A stretch of DNA of 64,000 nucleotides from Eledone cirrhosa (GCA_964016885.1 OZ024765.1:20708001-20772000); one strand, 5' to 3'. Counted from the first letter of the stretch, positions 31,030 through 45,838 are shown. The notes: generated from the letters alone by a model not told the origin. Made by a program: numbers and translations.

Positions 31030-32520
31030 GGATATATGAAAGTTTTCAGAGAAGCCCTTCCCTCACTCTTGCAAGTGCTTCGTCCCTTAACTTGTCACAC
31101 TTTAAGGGAGCAGGACCACATCCAGGTATTGCTGTCTTAAGTCAAGTTATTTCATCAAATGTGATCAGTAACTCTCTCTCTTTTGAGAGAGAGCTAGATA
31201 AAAGAAAGGCCCACACCCCTCCTGGAGATAAAAGAAAGGCCCACACCCCTCCTGGAAAGGTTTCAGTCCTTAATCTTATATTTTCAAAGGACAGAATCAT
31301 GTCACAGAAATGCTGTATTATTTAAGTCCTCACTAGAGCTGGACATATGAAGGTCTTCTGAGAAGAAACCTGCTTCCAAGCCACCCATGCCAGTGTATCA
31401 GCCCTTAATCTCATATTTCCAAAGGGAAGGGCGAAGCCCCAGTATTGCTGTATCATTTACATCAAGTCCTCACTTCAACATTTATAAGAAACTCTTGAGA
31501 GGGAGCTGGATATATAAAGGTCTTTTGAAAAGAATCCCCCACCCCACCTCTTTCAACCCTTAATTTTTTACACTTTAAGGGGATGGACCCCTTGCAGGGT
31601 TTTGCTGTATTTTTAAGTTAAGTCTTCCCTTCAAAATTGATAAAAAAACTCTCTCTTGAGAGAGAGAAAGCTGGACATATGAAAGTCCTCAAAGAAGATC
31701 CCTCCCCCCATCGCAAGCCCTTCATGCAAGTGCTTTGGCCCTTTACCATTTACACTCTAAGGGGGCTAGGCCACATCCAGGTATCGCTGTATTTTTTTAT
31801 TTTTAAAGTCAAGTCCTCATCTCAAATGGGATAAGAGAGAACTGAACAGAAGAAACCCACATCCAAGCCCTTCATGTAAGGTCTTCAGCCCTTAATCTCA
31901 TATTTTAAAAGGGCAAGGCCAAATCCCAGTATTACAGTATTATTTAAGTCACATCCACCCTTCAAAATCTATAAGAAACTCTTTCTTGAGAGAAAGAGCT
32001 GGATGTATGAAGGTCTTCAGAGAAGCTCTTCCTATCTCATGTAAGGTCTTTGGCCCTTAATCTCATATTTTAAAAAGGCAGGGTTAAGCTCCAGTATTGT
32101 TATATCATTTAACTCTTTAGCATTTACATTACTCTATATTTACTATTATATTTTCACAGTAAAGGCCTTTATCTCATATAATATTGAATCTATGATATTT
32201 TGATATTATTCATTTTGAGAACAATACCATAACATAAGTATGAATGGCTGGTTACAGCCACTCATACTTTGAACAGAATGAGATGAGGGAATTCTGACCA
32301 GATATGGTCAGTTTAAATATTAAAGGGTTAAGCCAAGTTCACCCTTCAAAATCGATAAGAAACTCTGTCTTGGGAGAAAGAGCTGGATTTATGAAAGTCT
32401 TCAGAGAAGAGCCCACCTCCAAGTCCTTCATGCAAGGTCTTCGGTTCTTAATATCTTATACTTTAAAAAGGAAAGGTAGGGTCCCAGTATTGCTGTATCA
32501 TTTAAGTCAAGTTATCTCCC
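31030..32520. repeat. Old degenerate ~150-bp tandem repeat
   Basis: Recurring gagagctggatatatgaaggtcttc..cccttaatctcatatttt..gtattgctgtatcatttaagtcaagt. Confidence 0.65.
32109..32331. mobile_element. TTAA-flanked MITE (piggyBac-like ends)
   Basis: ttaactctttagcattta ... taaatattaaagggttaa. A related end ttaaccctttagcattta occurs at 50934. Confidence 0.6.
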
Positions 32521-33021
32521 TTAAGGTATGATACTCTCCAGTAAACTATCAAATTTTAGAAAAAAAAAAGACATTTTAAAAATGGCTGAACAATTTTTTT
32601 GGTTTCTTATGCGTGTGTGGTTGGGTGATGTCTGTATGTGTGAGTATGTGTGTGTGTATGGTGGGGGTGATGTGTGGTAGGGGTGTGTGTGTTGGGTGAT
32701 GTGTGTGTGGTGGGGGTGATGTATGTGTGTATGTGGGGTGTATGTGCATCTATGTATATATATACATTTGTATGTATGTGTATATATATATGTATGTATG
32801 TATATATGTATATATGTGTGTATATGCATGTATGTGTTTCTGTTAATAACAACAATGATGATAACGATGATGATGATGAAAATATCAAATTGTATAAAAA
32901 TGGTTTCTAGTTTTCTTATTTCCGATATTCGTCCATTTCCCCCCTAATTTCTGCTGTAAAGGTTCAGTTTTATTGAAAGGAAAGACAATAACAAGAAGAA
33001 GAAGAAGATTTCATCCTCTAA

Positions 33022-33340
33022 AACCAACCAACCAATCTACCAACCAACCAGCCAACCAACCAATCTGCCAACCAATCTTCCAACCAGCCAACCAATCTTC
33101 CAACCAGCCTGCCACTCAACCAATCTTCCAACCAGCCAACCAATCTTCCAACTAGCCTGCCACTCAACCAATCTGCCAACCAATCTTCCAACCAGCCAAC
33201 CAATCTTCCAACCAGCCTGCCACTCAACCAATCTTCCAACCAGCCAACCAATCTTCCAACCAACCTGGCATTCAACCAATCTGCCAACCAATCTGCCAAC
33301 CATCCACACAACTATCTAACCAACAATTTAACCAACCAAC
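33022..33340. repeat. CCAA-based minisatellite
   Basis: caaccagccaaccaatcttc repeats. Confidence 0.85.
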
Positions 33341-33523
33341 TGTTAACAATGGTGGAGATAAACATTGCAGACGATATAATCGATTGTCTGAGAAATTCTT
33401 ATCAAATTATCGTCTGCCAGTCCCATCTACCACCAGAGGGTGTTTTAAACAAAGAAATGGTGACATGACAAATAAATCATAAAAAAAAATTGGAAAAAAT
33501 ATTTCCCAGGTAAAAATTTCATT

Positions 33524-35040
33524 GGAATAACCACACCTCTACAAAGTTATTTCTGTTGGAATAATCACACCTCTACAAAGTTATTTCTGTTGGAATAATC
33601 ACACCTCTACAAAGATATATTTGTTTGAATAACCACACCTCTACAAAGATATATTTGTTGGAATAATCACACCTCTACAAAGATATATTTGTTTGAATAA
33701 CCACACCTCTACAAAGATATATTTGTTTGAATAACCACACCTCTACAAAGTTATTTCTGTTATAATAATCACACCTTTACAAAGATATTTTTGGAATAAC
33801 CAGATCTTTATAAAAGTAATATTTGTCGTAATAACCAAGTCTTTACAAAGATATATAATAGTGTAATTGCAATGTCTTTACAAAGATATTTGTTGTAATA
33901 ATCACATACCTTGAAAGATATGTCGCAATAATCACATCTCTACAATGATATTTGTAGTAATATGCAAACCTCTACAAAGATATGTCATAATAAACAAGTC
34001 TTAACAATGATATGTCTTAATAATCACATCTCTACAAAGATATTTGTAATAAGCACACCTCTACAAAGATATACATAGTAATAACTAAGTCTTAAAGATA
34101 TATGTCGTAACAACCAAGATATATCTTAATAATCACACCTCTACAAAGATATCTGGATATAACCAAATCTTTACAAAGATATATCTTAAGAACAAAGATA
34201 TATCTTAATAACGACACCTTTACAAAGATATCTGGACAGAACCAAATATGAGTTGATGAGTTGTAGAGCACCTGAGCACTGTACACAATAATTTAATTAT
34301 CATTATCATATATCTCAGTTAAGATATATCTTAACCACACCTTTACAAAGATATCTGGACAAACCATATCTTTACAAAGATATATCTTCATAATCACACC
34401 TCTCAAAGATATTTGGGCATAACCAAATCTTTACAAAGATATATCTTAACCACACCTCTCAAAGACATCTGGACAAACCATATCTTTACAAAGATATATC
34501 TTGGTTAAGATATATCTTCATAATCACACCTCTCAAAGATATTTGGGCATAACCAAATCTTTACAAAGATATATCTTGGTTAAGATATATCTTCATAATC
34601 ACACCTCTCAAAGATATTTGGGCATAACCAAATCTTTACAAAGATATATCTTAACCACACCTCTCAAAGACATCTGGACAAACCATATCTTTACAAAGAT
34701 ATATCTTGGTTAAGATATATCTTGGTTAAGATATATCTTCATAATCACACCTCTCAAAGATATTTGGGCAAAACCAAATCTTTACAAAGATATATCTTAA
34801 TCACACCTCTCAAAGACATCTGGACAAACCATATCTTTACAAAGATATATCTTCATAATCACACCTCTCAAAGATATTTGGGCATAACCAAATCTTTACA
34901 AAGATATATCTTAATCACACCTCTCAAAGACATCTGGACAAACCATATCTTTACAAAGATATATCTTAATAACCAAGATATATCTTAACCACACCTCTAC
35001 AAAGCTATCTTGACACAACCATATCTTTAGAAAGATATTT
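33524..35040. repeat. ~33-bp minisatellite with higher-order variants
   Basis: aatcacacctctacaaagatat core repeated. Confidence 0.85.
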
Positions 35041-35483
35041 CGTATATTAATGTCAATTATTTTCTTTTCCTCTCTTGGTTGGAATTTTTACATATTTTTC
35101 AAATCTCTTTTTCCGTTTATTGTAAAAAAATGTCTTCATTAAATAAAAAAAGGTGTAAAAAATGTCTTTTGTTATCTTTTTTTAAAAAGATTTTAGTTAT
35201 TATTGGAATTATATTTTTCATCAAATTGAATAAAAAAAATTTTTTTTTTCAACTTTCTTGGAGGGGGTAGGGGGGTATTGATCTGAAATATTGAAATATT
35301 GATTAAATTTGTTATTTTATCACATTTATTGATATTGTTTTGTAGAAAAAAAGAAAGTTGTGTTGGTTGGTACTGGTTGGTGGAAGAGAAGAGAGAGAAA
35401 GTGTGTGTATATATATATATAAATATATACACACATATATATATACATGTTTATGTATATATATATATATATATATGTATATT

Positions 35484-35529
<46 letters not shown>

Positions 35530-36763
35530 TATGTATATATATATATATATATGTTTATGTATATATATATATATATATATATGTATATTTATGTATATAT
35601 ATATGTATATATATTTATGTATATATATATATATGTATATATATTTATAAAAGTGGATGAATACTTCAACAGGTACTATGTACTTGTAGAAATGTATATA
35701 TAAATATATATACTATCTAATATATATATATACGTTTATATATATATATATACATATATTCATGTATATACATGTACACACATATATATATAATGTATAC
35801 TTATATTATGTGTATATATATATATATGTGTGAATATAACATATTTTAAAATGGTGGTTAATGAAAGAGAAGGATGAGAGAAAGTGTGTGCATTTGTGTG
35901 TATATACATGTGTATATATGTGTAGGTGTGTGTGTGTGTGTAGGTGTGTGTGTGTATTTGTACATGTGTGTTTATATGTGCATGTATGTGTACATGTATG
36001 TGTGTGTATATATGTATATGTATGTATGTGTGTATGTATGTGTGTGTATGTATGTGTGTATGTATTTGTATGTGTATGTGTGTATGTATGCGTGTGCATG
36101 TATGTATATGTATGTATGTATGTATATGTGTGTGTATGTATGTATGTGTGTATGTATGTATGTATGTATGTGTATGTATGTGTATGTATGTATGTGTGTG
36201 TGTGTATCACATATTCCAGTATGTTAGAGAGAGGGGGGGGAGAAAAGAGAAAGAAAGAGAAGGAATGTATAACAATAGATTCTCTTTCTTCAATGTTTTT
36301 CTTCTTCAAATTATCTCCCCTTAGTTTCCTCTCTCCATCCATGCCAATCCCACCTCATGTCTTTTCCTTCTCTTTCATTCATTCATATTTCTCTCTCTCT
36401 CTTTCTCTTTATTCCTTTCTCCCTCATTCTTTCCTTCTTCCTTTCTCACTCTCTCTATCTTTCTCTCCTACTGTCTTTCTTTCTCTTTCTCACTCTTTCG
36501 CTCACTCTTTCTGTATCCTTACTTCTTTCTTTTTTTGTTTCTTCTTTATTTATAAAACTCAAACTAACCCCCTCTTCTCCCCCCAAAAAAACCAGCAACA
36601 ACAAAAAAGAAGGGTTTTGTTGCTGTTCGGAGGGTTTGTCGATAGTAACGTAGTAGAGTAGTAAAAATCTGTGAGGTTCACGATCTCATCTACAGTTTGG
36701 TGGAGTGTATTGAGTAGTGTCGTGTGTATATATATATATATATTTATTTATTTCATTTTTCTT

Positions 36764-36942
36764 CTATTTGTCAGTACTGGAGAGCAATTCTTGCTGGGAT
36801 GAAGGCGAACAAGGTGAGCTGGGACTCTGAACTGCTTCGTAGTATGAGGGTGGGGCCACCCCTTGGTCTCCGGGGCGACTCCGGCCCGAGGCCCCAGAGT
36901 GGACGAGGTTGACCACGTTTAAAGTGACGTAAGTGTTGTTAT
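36764..36942 (-). CDS. WBP1/VOPP1-family terminal coding exon (...GVAPPSYYEAVQSP...STDK*)
   Basis: ttccag acceptor; its phase 1 matches the upstream exon (A+AT = Asn). Carries a second PPxY motif and ends at TAG 36764-36766. Confidence 0.85.
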
Positions 36943-37939
36943 CTGGAAGACAGTGAAAAGAGAGAGTCAGTAAGACAGTAAAAGATAACACAGAGATGTA
37001 CATTGCTTAGTGACATGATAAAAAACAACATCATCATCGTCATCATCATCGTTTTTAGGTCCGTTTTTCCACACTTGTATGGGTTGGACAGGTCCTTTTC
37101 AACACAACATCGTCATCTCCTTCGTCATCTCCTCTGTGAGTCCCAGTAATTTGAGGTCAACTCTCACCACCTCTGCCCAGGTCTTCCTCTACTGTGGCTT
37201 CCTTCCACTGGGATTTCCTGGCACTCCTTCACCCAGTGATCATCATCATCACACTAGCATGGGTTGGACAGGTCCTTCCCAGTACAGCATCTCTCCACTC
37301 TGTCTTCCTTCGTCATATTTTCTGTGAGTTTCACAACAACAACAACAACAACAGTAACAAAAACACCACCACCACCACCACCAACACCACCACCACCACC
37401 AAAACCATCACCACCATCAACAGTAACAACAACAATAGCAACACCACCTCCACCACCACCAGCAGTAACACCACCAACAACACCACCTCCACCACCACCA
37501 TCAACAACACCACCTCCAACACCACCTCCACCAACACCACCACCTCCACCACCACCACCACCACCACCTCCAACAACACCACCTCCACCAACAACACCAC
37601 CACCACCACCAACACCACCTCCACCACCACCACCACCAACACCACCTCCACCACCAACAACAACAACACCACCACCACCACCACCAACACTACCACCAAC
37701 ACCACCACCAAAACCATCATCACCATCAGCAGTAACAACAACAATAGCAACACCACCTCCACCACCACCACCATCAACAAAAACAACAGTAATACCACCA
37801 CCACCAACAGTAACAACAACGCCACCAACAACAGTAACAACCATCACCACTGCCACCACCACAAACAACAACAACAACACCACCATCACCAACAACAACA
37901 ACAGTAACAACAACAATAAGCAGAAGAGCGACCACTTAC

Positions 37940-38054
37940 TGGCACGATGCGATGAATATGTCCGGATTACGTTTTCATCTGGAGTAATCGGGGATGTTGG
38001 TATAGAAGAAGAATCTCCTTTATTTATGGGGTATAATTCTGGTTTGGACACCAC
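37940..38054 (-). CDS. WBP1/VOPP1-family exon (VVSKPELYPINKGDSSSIPTSPITPDENVIRTYSSHRA)
   Basis: 115 nt, ttacag acceptor, gtaagt donor, phase 0 in and phase 1 out. Gives PPSYMEVVSKP, resembling the PxYEEVV motif of the family. Confidence 0.85.
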
Positions 38055-38094
38055 CTGTAATGAGACAATTACATAGAATATATACCTTTACCAG

Positions 38095-40825
38095 TTCTAA
38101 TGGAAACTGTAAAACTACCCCTGGTACTATGGTATAAAACTGTGTAACTCTAGCCTGGTACTATGATATAAAACTGTAACTCTACTCCTGGTACTATGGT
38201 ATAAAACTGTAACTCTACTCCTGGTACTATGGTATAAAACTGTGTAAAACTACCCTTGGTTCTATGGTATAAAACTGTGTAACTCTACCCCTGGTACTAT
38301 GGTATAAAACTGTGTAACTCTACCCCTGGTACTATGGTATAAAACTGTAACTCTACCCCTGGTACTATGATATAAAACTGTGTAACTCTACCCCTGGTAC
38401 TATGATATAAAACTGTGTAACTACACCTGGTACTATGATATAAAACTGTGTAAAACTACCCCTGGTACTATGATATAAGACTGTAACTCTACCCCTGGTA
38501 CTCTGATATAAGACTGTAACTCTACCCCCGGTACTATGATATAAGACTGTAACTCTACCCCTGGTACTATGATATAAAACTAACTCTACCCCTGGTACTA
38601 TGATATAAAACTGTGTAAAACTACCCCTGGTACTATGGTATAAAACTGTAACTCTACCCCTGGTACTATGATATAAAACTGTGTAAAACTACACCTGGTA
38701 CTATGGTATAAAACTGTAACTCTACCCCTGGTACTATGATATAACACTGTGTAAAACTACCCCTGGTACTATGGTATAAAACTGTGTAACTCTACCCCTG
38801 GTACTATGATATAAAACTGTGTAAAACTACCCCTGGTACTATGATATAAAACTGTGTAAAACTACCCCTGGTACTATGATATAACACTGTGTAAAACTAC
38901 TCCTGGTACTATGATATAAGACTGTAACTCTACCCCTGGTTCTATGGTATAAAACTATGTAACTCTATCCCTGGTACTATGATATAAAACTGTGTAACTC
39001 TACCCCTGGTACTATGATATAAAACTGTAAAACTACCCTTGGTACTATGATATAAAACTGTGTAACTCTACCCCTGGTTCTATGATATAAAACTGTGTAA
39101 AACTACCCCTGGTACTATGATATAAAACTGTGTAACTCTACCCCTGGTACTATGATATAAAACTGTGTAACTCTACCCCTGGTACTATGATATAACACTG
39201 TGTTACTCTACCCCTGGTACTATGATATAAAACTGTGTAACTCTAGCCTGGTACTATGGTATAAAACTGTGTAACTTTACCCCTGGTACTATGATATAAA
39301 ACTGTGTAACTCTACCCCTGGTACTATGGTATAAAACTGTGTAAAATTACCCCTGGTTCTATGATATAAAACTGTGTAACTCTACCCCTGGTACTATGAT
39401 ATAAAACTGTGTAAAACTACCCCTGGTTCTATGATATAAAACTGTGTAACTCTACCCCTGGTACTATGGTATAAAACTGTGTAACGTTACCCCTGGTACT
39501 ATGATATAAAACTGTAACTCTACCCCTGGTACTATGATATAAAACTGTGTAAAACTACCCCTGGTACTATGATATAAAATTGTAAAACTACCCCTGGTAC
39601 TATGATATAAAACTGTGTAAAACTACCCCTGGTACTATGATATAAAACTGTGTAACTCTACCCCTGGTACTATGATATAAAACTGTGTAAAACTACCCCT
39701 GGTACTATGATATAAAACTGTGTAAAACTACCCCTGGTACTATGATATAAAACTGTGTAAAACTACCCCTGGTACTATGGTATAAAACTGTAACTCTACC
39801 CCTGGTACTATGATATAAAACTGTAAAACTACCCCTGGTTCTATGATATAAAACTATGTAAAACTACCCCTGGTACTATGATATAAAACTATGTAAAACT
39901 ACCCCTGGTACTATGATATAAAACTGTAACTCTACCCCTGGTACTATCATATAAAACTGTGTAACTCTACCCCTGGTACTATGATATAAAACTGTAAAAC
40001 TATTCCTGGTACTATGATATAAAACTGTGTAACTCTAGCCTGGTACTATGGTATAAAACTGTGTAACTCTAGCCTGGTACTATGATATAAAACTGTGTAA
40101 CTCTAGCCTGGTACTATGATATAAAACTGTGTAACTCTACCCCTGGTACTATGATATAAAACTGTGTAACTCTAGCCTGGTACTATGGTATAAAACTGTG
40201 TAACTCTAGCCTGGTACTATGATATAAAACTGTGTAACTCTACCCCTGGTACTATGGTATAAAACTGTGTAACTCTAGCCTGGTACTATGATATAAAACT
40301 GTGTAACTCTACCCCTGGTACTATGATATAAAACTGTGTAACTCTAGCCTGGTACTATGGTATAAAACTGTGTAACGCTACCCCTGTTCTATGATATAAA
40401 ACTGTGTAACTCTAGCCTGGTACTATGATATAAAACTGTGTAACTCTACCCCTGGTACTATGATATAAAACTGTGTAACTCTACCCCTGGTACTATGATA
40501 TAAAACTGTGTAACTCTACCCCTGGTACTATGGTATAAAACTGTGTAACTCTAGCCTGGTACTATGGTATAAAACTGTAACTTTACCCCTGGTACTATGA
40601 TATAAAACTATGTAACTCTACCCCTGGTACTATGATATAAAACTGTGTAAAACTACCCCTGGTTCTATGATATAAAACTATGTAAAACTACCCTGGTACT
40701 ATGATATAAAACTGTGTAACTCTAGCCTGGTACTATGGTATAAAACTGTGTAACTCTAGCCTGGTACTATGATATAAAACTGTGTAACTCTACCCCTGTT
40801 CTATGATATAAAACTATGTAAAGCT
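38095..40825. repeat. 33/35-bp intronic minisatellite (~2.7 kb)
   Basis: Unit cccctggtactatgatataaaactgtgtaactcta (starts at 39661 and 39696). Confidence 0.95.
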
Positions 40826-41117
40826 ACATATATATATATGTGTGTGTGTGCGCACATAGGACTAGTGTCTGAAAAGTAAAGACTCTTTTCCTACTATATC
40901 AAGCGTTGAACTAATATATTTCTTGATTGTACCGTGTTGTTTGTTTTGTTATTTCTGTTTACTATTAGTATATCTATCTATCTATAGATATATGGAAAAA
41001 TAAATGGAGGAGAAGTCAATACATTCACAAGCAAAATTTACTCTTTACACTGTGTTCCATCTACGCAATATCAATATAACAGTTCTATATATATATATAT
41101 GTATATATATATGTGTG

Positions 41118-41148
<31 letters not shown>

Positions 41149-41287
41149 GTGTGTTTTTACATATATATTTATATATGTGTGTGTGTTTACATATATATAT
41201 ATATATATGTGTGTTTTTACATATATATTTATATATTTATATATGTGTGTGTGTTTACATATATATTTATATATTTATATGTGTGTG

Positions 41288-41319
<32 letters not shown>

Positions 41320-41361
41320 TGTGTTTTTACATATATATTTATATATTTATATATGTGTGTG

Positions 41362-41420
<59 letters not shown>

Positions 41421-41451
41421 TTTTACATATATATTTATATATGTGTGTGTG

Positions 41452-41490
<39 letters not shown>

Positions 41491-41527
41491 TTTTACATAT
41501 ATATTTATATATTTATATATGTGTGTG

Positions 41528-41570
<43 letters not shown>

Positions 41571-41607
41571 TTTTACATATATATTTATATATTTATATAT
41601 GTGTGTG

Positions 41608-41654
<47 letters not shown>

Positions 41655-41685
41655 TTTTACATATATATTTATATATGTGTGTGTG

Positions 41686-41716
<31 letters not shown>

Positions 41717-41766
41717 GTGTGTTTTTACATATATATTTATATATTTATATATGTGTGTGTGTTTAC

Positions 41767-41812
<46 letters not shown>

Positions 41813-41849
41813 TTTTATATATATATTTATATATTTATATATGTGTGTG

Positions 41850-41894
<45 letters not shown>

Positions 41895-42308
41895 CTAAGG
41901 TGGGTAAAATTCCCGAGATCCATGGACGAGATCTCTCCAGCGGTCTCTGTCCCTCATTATCGCTGCCATGTCCTGTGTCTCCAGCAGACCAGTGTCTGTC
42001 CTTAGGGCATCAACATACGTTAACCTCGGTCTTCCTCTTCTAGTGTGTCCATGTAGGGGCTCCCAAAGGAGCACTGAGTGCAATGTCAACTCTGGGCGTC
42101 GGTGAGCATGTCCAGCTAACCTCAGTCTCCTCTGTGTCACTTTTGGGCTGAGTTTTTTATCCTCAGTGTATACTGATTAATGTTCAGAGCCATCCTCAGC
42201 ATTCTCGTGTAGCACCCATCCACCATCTGAGTGAGTTTCTTGGTCAGTGTTCAAGTCTCAGACCCATACAGCAGCACAGACTCCACTACAGCAATGAAGA
42301 GGCGGATT
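41895..42308 (-). mobile_element. RTE family R1 fragment
   Basis: RLFIAVVESVLLYGSET* ... QRRLRLAGHAHRRPE...SREFYPP. Confidence 0.85.
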
Positions 42309-42661
42309 ATATATATATATATATATAACGGAGGAAATGTGGTAAGGAACCAGGTGGACCATAACACACCAAAGTACTCAATACTTATGATAGTAGAGTG
42401 GGTAATAGGAACGAGTAGGAGCCCGACGGCTGAGCTCAAGCCGTTTCGATGGCTAATTCTGGACTAAATGAAAACCAGGATAAAAATTTTAATTTAGTCC
42501 AGAATTAGCCGTCGAAACGGCTTGAGCTCAGCCGTCGGGGTCCTACTCGTTCCTATATATATATATATATATATAGTGTTATAAAGAATACTTTCAAAGA
42601 ATCTTCAGAGAAGAAGTGATATTGTTTTTGATGATGTTGCTGGAAGATAGTCCAATTTATA

Positions 42662-42724
<63 letters not shown>

Positions 42725-42879
42725 ACACTATGTGTCAATAATTGTCACAAGTGTAGTGTTTGTACCAGAGTTTTCAAGTCGCTAGCTGGACTAAAAAGTC
42801 ACACTCTTTCAGCGCATCGGTAGGGTTCTCCTACATGGATATAAAGTAGTGGCCGTACTCGAAAACGAGTTGGCAGCCA

Positions 42880-42917
<38 letters not shown>

Positions 42918-42921
42918 ACAC

Positions 42922-42967
<46 letters not shown>

Positions 42968-42984
42968 ACATGTGTGTATATATA

Positions 42985-44000
42985 TCATCATCATCATCAT
43001 CATCGTTTAACATCCATCTTCCATGCTAGCATGGGTTTGGACGGGAGTTTTCCCACTTGAGGCAAGAGTGGTTGTCTTGCTCGCATAGGACTGTCTGGTG
43101 GGTTTTCTACGGCTGGATGCCCTTCCTAACACCAACCACATTTACAGTGTGGACTGGGAGGTTTTTATCGTGTTACCTACACGGCCACATTACAGCGTGG
43201 ACTGTGTGTTTTTTTGTCGTGACACCTACACGACCTCATTTGTTTCGGACTGGATGTTGTGGTACCAACATAACTTTACATTGAAAGGGGTGGTGTGGAT
43301 GGGGTGTGGGGTAGTGGGACGGGGGTGTATTTTTGTTAGAGGTGCCTACTGACTGTAGTAGGTTTCACTTTGTACTTAGGTAAGGCGGCTCTTCTCTATT
43401 ACTGAGTACCGCCAAAGGTCTCGGTCCAGTGACATTGTCTTGGAGAGGTGTAAGTGTGTGAGGTCAGAATTTATCAAGTCGTCCCAGGTTTTTCAGGGTC
43501 TGCCTACTCCGTAGCTACCGTCTATCTTTATTGCCCTGCACTTTTTTATACAGCTGTCGTCTTTCATGCACATCACGTGACCATACCAACGTAGTCTTCT
43601 CTCGAGTAAACAACATCTAATCCCTCTTATTTCTAATTTTTCCCTTAGTTCGTTTATGCTTTGCCGTTCACGTATATTACTATTACACATCCAGTGGAGC
43701 ATGCACGCTTCGTTCCTCTCCAGTCTGCGTATATCCTCTGCACACAATGCCCAGGTCTCACTGCCATGCAACATTGCTGTTCGTATGCAGGCATCGTACA
43801 ACCTGCCTTTCATTTTTAGGGAGAACCCTTTAGCGGCTAATAGTGGTATAAGCTCTCTGAACTTTTTCCATCCAGTTCTGACTCTAGCTACTGTACTTTC
43901 ACAGCACCCTCCCCCACTGCTGATTTTGTCACCCAGGTAACGGAAGGTATCCACTATTTCTATAAAACCATCTGTGCAATGGAATGAGCTAGTATTCTGT
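42985..44000 (-). mobile_element. RTE family R2 5'-truncated copy with 3' tail
   Basis: [11 protein letters not shown]...LHGSETWAL...RRLRWYGHVM; (GAT)n tail at 42985. Confidence 0.9.
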
Positions 44001-44060
44001 GAGCACTATATCTATATGTATATATCTACACGTGCATATATATATATATATATATATGCA

Positions 44061-44091
<31 letters not shown>

Positions 44092-44097
44092 CTACAC

Positions 44098-44132
<35 letters not shown>

Positions 44133-44137
44133 TACAC

Positions 44138-44183
<46 letters not shown>

Positions 44184-44192
44184 ACACGTGTG

Positions 44193-44225
<33 letters not shown>

Positions 44226-44231
44226 CTACAC

Positions 44232-44277
<46 letters not shown>

Positions 44278-44486
44278 TAATAAAAATAATGAATAAAAAC
44301 AAAGAAACAGTTCCTTATATTAAAAGATTCTCTGCCTTCTTCTACCCCTAAATTAAAGTTCTATTACTACTAATTTACCATCTTGACCATTTACTACCTT
44401 TCTATTGGTCAATTCAAAACCTGTTCCCAAACAGACCTATTATATTAAATCTTTGTTGTTTTTTTCAATAAACAAATATCATTATT

Positions 44487-45708
44487 TGGTGGATTGTCAG
44501 TATCGGTAGAGGGTCAGACGCCATGCTAGGGCGGTGGATTGGCAGTATCAGTAGAGGGTCAGACGCCATGCTAGGGCGGTGGATTGGCAGTATCAGTAGA
44601 GGGTCAGACGCCATGCTAGGGCGGTGGATTGGCAGTATCGGTAGAGGGTCAGACGCCATGCTAGGGCGGTGGATTGGCAGTATCGGTAGAGGGTCAGACG
44701 CCATGCTAGGGCGGTGGATTGGCAGTATCGGTAGAGGGACGGACGCCATGCTAGGGCGGTGGATTGGCAGTATCAGTAGAGGGTCAGACGCCATGCTAGG
44801 GTGGTGGATTGGCAGTATCAGTAGAGGGTCAGACGCCATGCTAGGGCGGTGGATTGGCAGTATCGGTAGAGGGTCGGACGCCATGCTAGGGCGGTGGATT
44901 GGCAGTATCGGTAGAGGGTCGGACGCCATGCTAGGGCGGTGGATTGGCAGTATCGGTAGAGGGTCGGACGCCATGCTAGGGCGGTGGATTGGCAGTATCG
45001 GTAGAAGGTCAGACGCCATGCTAGGGCGGTGGATTGGCAGTATCAGTAGAGGGTCAGACACCATGCTAGGGCGGTGGATGGGCAGTATCAGTAGAGGGTT
45101 GGACGCCATGCTAGGGTGGTGGATTGGCAGTATCGGTAGAGCGTCAGACACCATGCTAGGGCGGTGGATGGGCAGTATCAGTAGAGGGTCAGACGCCATG
45201 CTAGGGCGGTGGATGGGCAGTATCAGTAGAGGGTCAGACGCCATGCTAGGGCGGTGGATGGGCAGTATCAGTAGAGGGTCAGACGCCATGCTAGGGCGGT
45301 GGATGGGCAGTATCAGTAGAGGGTCAGACACCATGCTAGGGCGGTGGATGGGCAGTATCAGTAGAGGGTCAGACGCCATGCTAGGGTGGTGGATTGGCAG
45401 TATCAGTAGAGAGTCGGATGCCATGCTAGGGTGGTGGATTGGCAGTATCGGTAGAGGGTCGGACACCATGCTAGGGTGGTGGATTGGCAGTATTGGTAGA
45501 GGGTTGGACGCCATGCTAGGGTGGTGGATTGGCAGTATCGGTAGAGGGTCGGACGCCATGCTTTCCAGCATAGTTACGTCCCTTTACGATCTGAGTTCAA
45601 ATCCCGCCGAGGTTGACTTTGCCTTTCATCCTTAAGGGGGTCGATAAAATAAAGTACCAGTAATGCACTGGGTAATTGCTGGCCTGGTGCCTAAAGTAGA
45701 AACAATTA
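44487..45708 (+). repeat. 45-bp tandem array (~24 units) of the SINE 5' head, followed by the SINE body
   Basis: Unit gggcggtggattggcagtatcggtagagggtcggacgccatgcta. The last unit runs into the B box and Nin-like body. Confidence 0.9.
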
Positions 45709-45838
45709 TTTCTGAAGACAGCATATATATGTGAAGGTATGTATATTTCCTCTGATAATTTGTAATATTTTTACATAGATCTATATGATATACATACCAA
45801 CACAAACATATATATCCTAGAAACGATCGTAAAATGAT
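45705..45838 (+). ncRNA. Hammerhead with a ~100-nt stem II
   Basis: ATTATTT CTGAAGA ..atatatatgt..ggtatgtatat..atatacatacc..acatatatat.. GAAACGATCGTA AAATGAT. Confidence 0.7.

Noticed and set aside
37194-38076. Pro/Thr-rich extensin- or mucin-like ORFs (also 1281-1823, 48750-49928, 58682-59728)
   Set aside because: (CAC)n tracts within introns or intergenic DNA, with no splice or domain support.
38095-40825. CRISPR-like regular array
   Set aside because: No unique spacers, no cas genes and a eukaryotic context; it is a plain minisatellite.
45525-45612. tRNA gene
   Set aside because: The A and B boxes belong to the SINE head, which continues into the SINE body; no full cloverleaf is evident.
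44465-45635. 370-aa GSDAMLGRWIGSI repeat ORF (and 56394-57450)
   Set aside because: A 45-bp SINE-head array; the unit is a multiple of 3 and is open on both strands.
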